Origin: Candidatus Micrarchaeota archaeon
GTDB taxonomy: Archaea > Micrarchaeota > Micrarchaeia > Norongarragalinales > SBBD01
DNA length: 11,232 bases
Reading direction: 5' to 3'
Assembly: GCA_043813365.1 (NCBI GenBank)
Contig: JBDRLB010000074.1
Span: 1 to 11,232, forward strand
Below the pieces are notes generated by a model. That model was given only the letters and a program-made list of their open reading frames with translations, did not search any database and was not told where the DNA came from. A program made the translations under genes and the position numbers. Of this stretch, positions 1-6,297 are shown one piece after another (the stretch's first letter is position 1; every line of letters begins with the position of its first letter).

Positions 1-124
1 GGATGAGCACGCTTCCGATATTCCTGGATTTCATTATCTTTGCCGCTTCCTGTATGGTTGCATCTTCGTTGATCGCTACTAAGGAAGTCTTCATGATGTC
101 CCCTACCTTGATGCCTGTGTCCAT
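1..124 (-). CDS. CBS-domain protein, N-terminal part (runs off the window edge)
   Basis: Manual translation from ATG at 124 gives [41 protein letters not shown], which matches the CBS pattern (V.DIM...V.I..D.TI.EAA..M....IG.V.V). A TATA-like box lies about 22 nt upstream. Confidence 0.9.
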   Translation of the reverse strand, partial: MDTGIKVGDIMKTSLVAINEDATIQEAAKIMKSRNIGSVLI

Positions 125-145
125 GGAAGGTTTGTGCTGAAGGGG

Positions 146-155
146 ATTTAAATAT
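146..155. promoter_or_regulatory. TATA-like box (ATTTAAATAT) between divergent genes, possibly bidirectional
   Basis: Reads TTTAAATA on + (147-154) and TATTTAAAT on -. It is about 22 nt from the CBS start (124) and 29 nt from the GTG at 183, spacings typical of archaeal leaderless or short-leader transcripts. Confidence 0.55.
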
Positions 156-182
156 GTTGCGTGGAAATTATGTTTACTGCAG

Positions 183-533
183 GTGTCGAACTCACCCAAA
201 GTGGTCAGAATGCCGGAAACGCCAGAAAGGAGAGCATTGCTAGCGGAAATTGCCAGGATCAGATCCACCGTATATGGCCCAAAGCATCCCGATTATCCGC
301 ATTGGAAGGGAATCGAGGAATTCACAGCAGCCCAATTCCATATAACTTCGCCCATCCAGCTCCATAATGCACTGAATGAAAGGGCAACAAACATCATCAG
401 GGCACATATGCCCGATTCGATATTTATTAGGGATGAGGTAAAGCCCTTGAAAATTTCGGTTGCAGCCCAGAGTGAGCGTAAAAAATTCCTCGAATGGGCA
501 GAACGGGTGAAGAAGGAGTTCGGCATCCAATAG
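183..533 (+). CDS. Hypothetical protein (116 aa; alternative ATG start at 210)
   Basis: The ORF fills the gap between the CBS gene and guaA. It has protein-like composition with amphipathic helices ([30 protein letters not shown]). No family recognised. Confidence 0.65.
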   Translation: MSNSPKVVRMPETPERRALLAEIARIRSTVYGPKHPDYPHWKGIEEFTAAQFHITSPIQLHNALNERATNIIRAHMPDSIFIRDEVKPLKISVAAQSERKKFLEWAERVKKEFGIQ

Positions 534-547
534 GAAAATCCAATAGC

Positions 548-577
548 TATTTATACCCCCTCCGCCACAAATATTTG
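548..577 (+). promoter_or_regulatory. Putative guaA promoter (TTTATA 550-555) followed by the perfect palindrome CAAATATTTG (568-577)
   Basis: A TATA-like box sits in the intergenic region, with a 10-bp perfect palindrome between it and the expected transcription start. Confidence 0.45.
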
Positions 578-579
578 CT

Positions 580-631
580 AATTCTGTTGGAATTTGGGGG
601 GGCCGATTTGTCAGAAGAATAGGCTTCCCCA
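580..631 (+). promoter_or_regulatory. Tandem stem-loops in the putative guaA 5' leader
   Basis: AATTC(580-584) pairs with GAATT(590-594). TGGGGGGGCC(595-604) pairs with GGCTTCCCCA(622-631), 10 bp including two G-U pairs, extended by ATTT/GAAT after a G.A mismatch. Confidence 0.45.
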
Positions 632-656
632 TACATTTCACAATCCGGGTAAAAAA

Positions 657-2192
657 ATGATAATCGTGCTTGATTTCGGGGGGCAATCAGTGCACCTAAT
701 TGCACGAAGGCTCAAGGACCTGGGCTTCAATGCGGAAATCCTTCCCTACAATGCTAAATTGGAGGAAATCAAAAGTCACAAGCCTGTCGGGATCATCCTT
801 TCAGGAGGGCCCGCCGCAATCAGCGGCTCCAATGCGATTTACCCGGACATGGGGATTTTCGATTTGAATCTTCCAATACTAGGCATCTGCTACGGCGAGC
901 AGCTCATTGCAACTCATTACAAGGGAAGGCTCGCTAGGCGCGGCGAGCAGAACGAATATGGGAAGGAGGAAATGGCAACCGCAAAGGACAGCGAGCTCTT
1001 CAAAGGGTTGGGGAAGGAGGAGCAGGTGTGGATGTCCCATGGGGATGCGGTGACCTTCCTGCCAAAGGGGTTCGAAGTTACAGGAAGCACGCAAAAATGC
1101 GCGGTTGCCGCTTTTGAAAGCCGCGCACGCAAACTTTATGGATTGCAATTCCATCCGGAAGTTGCGCACACGAGGAACGGCTCGAAAATGCTCCTTAATT
1201 TCGCGAAAAACATATGCAAATCAGGGAAAGATTATTCCCTTAGGGGGCTGGATAAGAAATTAATATCCGAAGTGCAGGAAGAAGCGAATAAAGGCGGCGT
1301 CCTCATTGCCGTTTCAGGAGGGGTTGATTCGCTCGTTACTGCTGCGCTGATCCATAAGGCGGTGCCTGACCAGCTTTACAGCGTATTCATAAATACGGGC
1401 CTGATGCGCGAGGGCGAAGTGGAGGAAACGGAGCTTTTCTTCAGGAAGATGGGCTTCAGGCATTTCGAAGTCGTCAATGCTGCAAAAATTTTCATCGGCA
1501 AGCTGAAGGGCGTGACTGATCCCGAACAGAAAAGGAAGATCATCGGCCATGCATTCATCGAGGAATTCGAGAAGAAGGCGAAGGAACTGGGAAGCAAAGC
1601 CAATATCAAATACCTGGCGCAGGGCACGATCTATCCCGACCGCATCGAAAGCGCGCAGGCCTCGCATGTTGCGGAGAAAATAAAAAGCCACCATAACCTT
1701 ACCCTTCCCGAAAAGATGAATTTGAAAATAATTGAGCCGCTTAAGGACCTCTACAAGGACGAAGTTAGGCAGCTAGGGGAAATGCTCGGGCTGCCGCATA
1801 AAAGGGTGTGGAGGCAGCCGTTCCCGGGCCCCGGGCTGGCAATTCGCATCGTCGGCGAAATTACGCCGGAAAGGATCGCGATTGTAAGGAAGGCGGATGC
1901 TATTTTCCGCGAGGAGATTGCCAAAGCGGGTTTAGATCAAAAAATATGGCAATATTTCGCGGCTCTGCTTCCCGTGAAGGCAGTTGGGGTAATGGCGGAT
2001 GAGCGCACCTACGAATACATCGTTTCATTGCGCGCAGTGACAAGCAAGGATGCGATGTCGGCTGATTGGGCTAAAATCCCCTACGATGTGCTGGAGAGGA
2101 TCTCCTCGAAAATCAGCAACAATGTGAGGGGAGTTAATCGCGTCCTCTACGACATTTCCCAGAAACCACCTGCAACAATAGAATACGAATAG
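657..2192 (+). CDS. guaA: GMP synthase (glutamine-hydrolysing), fused GATase + ATP-PPase, 511 aa
   Basis: N-terminus IIVLDFGGQ; oxyanion motif LSGGP; catalytic Cys (GICYG) and His/Glu (QFHPEV); PP-loop SGGVDS; QGTIYPD, KSHHN, PFPGPGLAIR; C-terminal KPPATIEYE. ATG at 657 is preferred over TTG at 594 because the homologous N-terminus begins there. Confidence 0.98.
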   Translation: MIIVLDFGGQSVHLIARRLKDLGFNAEILPYNAKLEEIKSHKPVGIILSGGPAAISGSNAIYPDMGIFDLNLPILGICYGEQLIATHYKGRLARRGEQNEYGKEEMATAKDSELFKGLGKEEQVWMSHGDAVTFLPKGFEVTGSTQKCAVAAFESRARKLYGLQFHPEVAHTRNGSKMLLNFAKNICKSGKDYSLRGLDKKLISEVQEEANKGGVLIAVSGGVDSLVTAALIHKAVPDQLYSVFINTGLMREGEVEETELFFRKMGFRHFEVVNAAKIFIGKLKGVTDPEQKRKIIGHAFIEEFEKKAKELGSKANIKYLAQGTIYPDRIESAQASHVAEKIKSHHNLTLPEKMNLKIIEPLKDLYKDEVRQLGEMLGLPHKRVWRQPFPGPGLAIRIVGEITPERIAIVRKADAIFREEIAKAGLDQKIWQYFAALLPVKAVGVMADERTYEYIVSLRAVTSKDAMSADWAKIPYDVLERISSKISNNVRGVNRVLYDISQKPPATIEYE

Positions 2193-2195
2193 ATT

Positions 2196-2726
2196 TCACT
2201 TTTTCTGCTTCGTTTTGATGTCCACGACATCGGCAAATGTGGTGCCTGTTGCGGAAGGTTTATTTCTGCTCCCCTGAAAATCCTTCGTCTCATCCGCTGT
2301 GGGCGGTTTCTCCTCCTCGATGATTTTTATCTTCAGGTAATCCTGCAGCTTCCGTGCGATTTTCAGCTCCGGCTTCAGGAGCTCGTCCTCCAGCCTTTCT
2401 ATCACGTTTTCCGAAATGAATAATTTGTTCCCCAGCTCCTGCCGGGTGAGATGGAGCGCCTCCCTCGCGCCTTTGATGATCATTCCGTATCCCTCAACCG
2501 CATAATATTCGTGGTGATAAGGAGTAGTTTTAGGAAGAAGTGGCGTTGTTGGATGAGTCGCAGCATGTTGACCCCCAAAGCCAAAATTCGGGCTCTTGGG
2601 AACAGCCGCCCTCTTTACCCGTTTCCCATAATGCATGCAATTGTCACATAGGAAAACGTCCGCTCCCTCCACAATCGCTTCATTGTAAGCCGGTTTCCCG
2701 CAGATATGGCATTGCTCCCCTTTCAT
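2196..2726 (-). CDS. mbf1: Archaeal multiprotein bridging factor 1 (Zn ribbon + HTH)
   Basis: N-terminal CHICG...IVEGADVFLCDNC..YG zinc ribbon, linker, cro-type HTH (YGMIIKGAREALHLTRQELG...I.RLE...LKP...ARKL..YLKIKI), and C-terminal TFADVV motif. ATG at 2726 is preferred over TTG at 2735. Confidence 0.92.
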   Translation of the reverse strand: MKGEQCHICGKPAYNEAIVEGADVFLCDNCMHYGKRVKRAAVPKSPNFGFGGQHAATHPTTPLLPKTTPYHHEYYAVEGYGMIIKGAREALHLTRQELGNKLFISENVIERLEDELLKPELKIARKLQDYLKIKIIEEEKPPTADETKDFQGSRNKPSATGTTFADVVDIKTKQKK

Positions 2727-2779
2727 GAATACCAACCCATTGCCAGTTAAATCAGCAGATTAATGTAAATGGTGCAAAC

Positions 2780-2787
2780 TTAATAAA
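2780..2787. promoter_or_regulatory. TATA-like box between divergent mbf1 and fen
   Basis: TTAATAAA on + (about 30 nt before the fen GTG); TTTATTAA on -. Confidence 0.4.
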
Positions 2788-2817
2788 ATTGAGCAAATTC
2801 ATCTTAGGGGGGTTATT

Positions 2818-3834
2818 GTGGGCGTACAGATCGCGGATATTGTGGAGGCAAGGAAACTTTCTTTCGAGGAGATAAACGGAAGGATCGCAATTGATGCCTA
2901 CAATACCATTTACCAATTCCTCTCCATAATCAGGCAGCCTGACGGGACTCCCTTGATGGATTCGAAGGGACGCGTGACATCGCACATCTCGGGCCTTTTC
3001 TACCGTACCTGCAGCCTGATTGAAAAGGGCATACAGCCGGTGTTCGTTTTCGATGGGAAGCCCTCTGAATTGAAGAGGAAAACGCTGGATGGGAGGAAGG
3101 AACGCAAGCAGATGGCTGCAGAAGAATTCGAGAAGGCTAAGGAGCAAGGCAAGGAGGAGGAAATGAAAATATTCGCGCAGCAAACCTCCAAATTGACGAA
3201 GGAGATGGCGGAGGAGGGCAAGCAGCTGCTTCAATTGCTCGGATTGCCCGTAATACAGGCAAAAAGCGAGGGCGAGGCGCAATGCGCATACATGTGCAAG
3301 AAGGGGCTCGTAGATGCAACCGGTTCGCAGGATTTTGATGCGCTCCTTTTCGGCACTCCGGTCTTGCTCAAGAACATGACAATTGCCGGAAGGCGGAAAC
3401 TTCCCCGAAAAAACATGTTCATCGAAATCGTCCCTGAAAGGATAGAATTGGAACCTAATTTGCAACGGTTGGGGATTTCCCAAAAAAAGCTCATCTGGAT
3501 CGGCATACTTGCAGGAACTGATTTCAACAAGGGGATTTACGGCATTGGCGCGAAGAAGGCGCTGAAATTGGTGAAGGAGCACGAGAGTTTTGAGGAGATT
3601 GCAACAACACTCAAGCAGGAAATAGATTACAAGGCGGTTGAGGAATTGTTTTTCCATCCGGATGTTGCGGATGTGGAGGAGGAGCAGATCGTTTTCGGGA
3701 AGCCCGACCGCGAAGGGCTGATCGAATTCATGATGGACAGGAATTTCACCATTGAGAGGGTGCAAGCTGCGCTCAACCGCGCATTCAAGGAACCTTTCGG
3801 GACAAAACAGCAAAATTTACAGAAGTGGTTTTGA
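2818..3834 (+). CDS. fen: Flap endonuclease 1 (archaeal FEN-1), 338 aa
   Basis: MGV N-terminus; AIDAYNTIYQFLSIIRQPDGTPLMD; VFVFDG; EGEAQ; SQDFDALLFG; GTDFN.GI.GIG.KKAL (H3TH); C-terminal PIP box QQNLQKWF. Confidence 0.98.
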   Translation: MGVQIADIVEARKLSFEEINGRIAIDAYNTIYQFLSIIRQPDGTPLMDSKGRVTSHISGLFYRTCSLIEKGIQPVFVFDGKPSELKRKTLDGRKERKQMAAEEFEKAKEQGKEEEMKIFAQQTSKLTKEMAEEGKQLLQLLGLPVIQAKSEGEAQCAYMCKKGLVDATGSQDFDALLFGTPVLLKNMTIAGRRKLPRKNMFIEIVPERIELEPNLQRLGISQKKLIWIGILAGTDFNKGIYGIGAKKALKLVKEHESFEEIATTLKQEIDYKAVEELFFHPDVADVEEEQIVFGKPDREGLIEFMMDRNFTIERVQAALNRAFKEPFGTKQQNLQKWF

Positions 3835-3953
3835 ATGCCTTGCCCCTTTCTTTTGGAAAAAGAAAGGTGCGAGGGCACCGCGCCAAAGAAAATGAAATAG
3901 AACATTTCAGCACGAAGCAGCAGAATTTGCAGAAGTGGTTTTGAACGCCTTGC
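3790..3953 (+). repeat. Imperfect 54-bp direct repeat of the fen 3' end (3790-3843 and 3900-3953)
   Basis: GAACCTTTCGGGACAAAACAGCAAAATTTACAGAAGTGGTTTTGAATGCCTTGC vs GAACATTTCAGCACGAAGCAGCAGAATTTGCAGAAGTGGTTTTGAACGCCTTGC: 46/54 identical, period 110 nt. Confidence 0.95.
3845..3867. other. Perfect 10-bp hairpin with 3-nt GGA loop between the two repeat copies
   Basis: CCTTTCTTTT-GGA-AAAAGAAAGG. An overlapping second hairpin is GGTGC-GAGG-GCACC (3866-3879). Confidence 0.8.
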
Positions 3954-4014
3954 TGCCGAATCGGCCTAATTGCGGAAGTTAAACGATTGTCGATGTTTCG
4001 CGGGAAGAATACGA

Positions 4015-4047
4015 TATATAAATATTTCTCCGCTTACTGTTTTATAG
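4015..4047 (+). promoter_or_regulatory. TATA-like boxes upstream of the small ORF
   Basis: TATATAAATA (4015-4024) and TTTTTATA (about 4040-4047) in an AT-rich intergenic stretch. Confidence 0.45.
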
Positions 4048-4099
4048 TTTTTTCGAGTGCAATTTTTTTCCGTGAGCATGTCCTATACCTGTGGTTAGT

Positions 4100-4207
4100 A
4101 TGGAGCTGAAGCAGATGCAGAAGATGAAGAAGAAGGATCTCTCCGTTATCGAAGATTCGCCCGACGAGCTCTGGGATGAGGAATCAGTTGAGAAGGAAGA
4201 CGACTAA
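4100..4207 (+). CDS. Small hypothetical protein, 35 aa (basic N-half, acidic C-half)
   Basis: Manual translation gives MELKQMQKMKKKDLSVIEDSPDELWDEESVEKEDD*. GTGGT SD-like sequence at 4091-4095, upstream TATA-like boxes, and coding-like G/C-ending codons. Below the ORF-track cutoff. Confidence 0.6.
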   Translation: MELKQMQKMKKKDLSVIEDSPDELWDEESVEKEDD

Positions 4208-4278
4208 TTCAAGCAGTTCCATATGGGCGGCATATTTAAAAGGGCTAGCGGTGCATTTTCAATCCGATTCATTTTTTC

Positions 4279-6213
4279 TCAAATCCTGATCAGTTCCATC
4301 TTCTCCGGATCATGCGGTTCCTCCTTCTTCATTGCCTTCACTTCGGGCTTGGGCTGCTCCTCGTTTTTCTGGATTTTCTTCATGAACTCCTCCGCGTCTA
4401 TATCCTTCGGATCCCTGAAAAGCCGTGATTTCCTGTGCGTGCGCCTGTAGTAATAGATGGCAAACCCAAAAAGCAAAGCAGCCGCTCCCGCAGCCGCATA
4501 CCAGACAAAATCTATTTTCACATCCTCGGGGGTCTTCATTGCCGCATTGATCCTTTCGGAAGCCGTTGAAAGCAGGATGAACGCCTGCGCAGTATCTCCT
4601 TTCGTGTCCGCTGCTTCGGCATCAAGGATCAGCTTTGCAATGTCAGTCCGGTCCTTTTCGGAAATTTTGGGACCTGCCCCAAGAAGGAGCTGCCTCATCC
4701 GTTCCGCCTCCGACGCTACGGTGATTGTTGGGGAGGGGCTCGCATGAAAATCCGGAGATGCCTGTGCTGAGGGGGTATTTTCAATTACATCTGCCGGGAT
4801 AATTGACGTGGATGGATTCCCTTCTGCCGGCTGTTCGGTTGGGGAAGGTGATGCCTCCGGCACAGCTCCCACTCCCAATATTATGGGCACATGGGGCGAT
4901 TCTGCCGCTGCAACTCCGGGGGATGATGAATTATATATGACAAAAAACTCATATATGCCCGCGCTTCCGTTGGCTAGCACGTTCCAGCTTGTTTCGCATG
5001 TGTCGCCATCCTTCATCTCATTGCAATTTGCAGGGTTCCTGTCAGTTGTGTAAAAAGGCGAGCCCGAACCAACTGCCAGAATGGATTTTTTTGGTCCGGT
5101 TACGGGCGGCAAAGTTGATGCACTTGCTGTCGGGGCCGGCTCCTGACCAAAACTCGGAGTGGGCGAAATCACAGGCGTTGCGCTCGGGAAAATCCCCTCC
5201 TCCTCACCATTCCTGGTTTCATAGGTTGCAAAAATATTCTTTGCCAAATCCGAAAAAATGATGCCGGGCCCGAAATCCGCCGAATCCTGCGGCAAGCCTG
5301 GCGATGATGCTGTTTGCTGAACCCTGCCCGCATCGTGGTACACATCCGTGCTGCTTCCGGATGCGCCCAAAGCAAGCCAATAGTATGCATCCGGCTCGAG
5401 CTTTTCGTTGCTGAAATCGAATGTGACAAGGGTGGACCCGATTGTGAATGGCGTGCTGTAAATTGTGAGGCTGTCATTTAGCTTCTTGCCGGGCTGCCCA
5501 TTGTCATTCATGTAAATTGCCGCCCCGTATGAAGCTCCTGCAATCACGAAGAGGTATGCGCTGATGCTCTTGAGCTTGCCTTCAACTGGGCCCATTCTGT
5601 ACTTTGTTGCAATTTTATTGCCATCCTGCAGTTTGGGGTAGGAATTGCATATCCCGCCGATAATGCAGCTCATGTTCTCATTGCCAAAAGCCGGGTCCAA
5701 CGCAGCTGAAACCATGCCGCATTCCCCTCCCGAACACGATAATTTGGCGGAGTACGCAAATGCGCCGCCATTCTGGATTGTGGTGCCATCCTCGGGTGCG
5801 ATGTGCCCTGCTTGAAGGGTTCCCCATGGCACCGTCCAATTGATCATTTTTGTTGATGAGGTGCCAGTGGAATCATCACAGCTTACCGTAAGCAGGAATT
5901 CGCCGGAATCCTCAATCTGGCTGTTCAAGCCAAGTGCGTAATAGCCTCCGTCAGGCAATGCACTCCCTGCCGCATATCCTTCGGAGTCCGGGACATTTAT
6001 CAGCAAAAACGAAACGGAATCCACCCCGTCCGGATCATCACATTTCGCGTGGACGCCAGTAAGCGTATCGCCGAAAACAAGTGTTTCGCAGTTTTCCCAT
6101 GAGCCACCCTTCTCGCATTTGACATCCGAAATCGCGGGTTCGCCCTGCGCAGCGATGAATGCAGGCAGAATCGCAAATACAATAAGCGCTATCACTAGCT
6201 TCTTGCTTTCCAC
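4279..6213 (-). CDS. Large secreted cell-surface protein with C-terminal transmembrane anchor (about 644 aa; start GTG 6213 or 6222)
   Basis: Signal peptide (KKLVIALIVFAILPAFIAAQ), Cys-paired beta-rich domains, Pro/Ser/Thr-rich linkers, a helical segment, a TM helix (FVWYAAAGAAALLFGFAIYYY-RR), and a charged cytoplasmic tail. A TATA box at 6252-6244 argues against the upstream TTG at 6288. Confidence 0.85.
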   Translation of the reverse strand: MESKKLVIALIVFAILPAFIAAQGEPAISDVKCEKGGSWENCETLVFGDTLTGVHAKCDDPDGVDSVSFLLINVPDSEGYAAGSALPDGGYYALGLNSQIEDSGEFLLTVSCDDSTGTSSTKMINWTVPWGTLQAGHIAPEDGTTIQNGGAFAYSAKLSCSGGECGMVSAALDPAFGNENMSCIIGGICNSYPKLQDGNKIATKYRMGPVEGKLKSISAYLFVIAGASYGAAIYMNDNGQPGKKLNDSLTIYSTPFTIGSTLVTFDFSNEKLEPDAYYWLALGASGSSTDVYHDAGRVQQTASSPGLPQDSADFGPGIIFSDLAKNIFATYETRNGEEEGIFPSATPVISPTPSFGQEPAPTASASTLPPVTGPKKSILAVGSGSPFYTTDRNPANCNEMKDGDTCETSWNVLANGSAGIYEFFVIYNSSSPGVAAAESPHVPIILGVGAVPEASPSPTEQPAEGNPSTSIIPADVIENTPSAQASPDFHASPSPTITVASEAERMRQLLLGAGPKISEKDRTDIAKLILDAEAADTKGDTAQAFILLSTASERINAAMKTPEDVKIDFVWYAAAGAAALLFGFAIYYYRRTHRKSRLFRDPKDIDAEEFMKKIQKNEEQPKPEVKAMKKEEPHDPEKMELIRI

Positions 6214-6243
6214 ATAACCCACGGAATCAGTAATCAAAGGTGG

Positions 6244-6252
6244 TATATATAA
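6244..6252 (-). promoter_or_regulatory. TATA box for the surface-protein gene
   Basis: TTATATATA on the - strand, about 22 nt above GTG 6222. Confidence 0.6.
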
Positions 6253-6297
6253 GTTGGGGAGGATTTTTTTCGAGGCACGTTCCTCCAAATTAATAGA

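Noticed and set aside
293..555. 77-aa minus-strand ORF (293-526) with TATAAATA 22 nt upstream
   Set aside because: It is antisense to the more protein-like 183-533 ORF, and the AT box is equally explained as the guaA promoter. Antisense transcription cannot be excluded.
594..656. N-terminal extension of GuaA from TTG 594
   Set aside because: Homology to GuaA begins at ATG 657, and the extension overlaps the leader hairpin.
2752..3813. 353-aa ORF antisense to fen
   Set aside because: It fully shadows a highly conserved gene, has no recognisable motifs, and its composition is what reverse-complemented codons would give.
3829..3895. +1 frameshift at TTT TGA (prfB-like) at the fen stop
   Set aside because: The +1 frame ends at TGA 3893-3895 and does not reach the second PIP copy.
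3790..3953. Repeat pair as a DGR template/variable repeat
   Set aside because: Mismatches are not confined to adenines of one copy (4 are A in copy 1, 2 are A in copy 2, 2 involve no A). The target is not a CLec-like protein, and there is no reverse transcriptase in the window.
3790..3953. Repeat pair as a mini CRISPR array
   Set aside because: There are only two copies, 54 nt long and 85% identical, derived from coding sequence, and no cas genes.
4006..4014. AGAATACGA matching the guaA 3' end (2180-2188) as a possible att repeat
   Set aside because: The match is only 9 nt and expected by chance. The enclosed genes (mbf1, fen) are core genes and there is no integrase.
6223..6288. N-terminal extension of the surface protein from TTG 6288
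   Set aside because: The extension contains the TATA box and would displace the signal peptide from the N-terminus.
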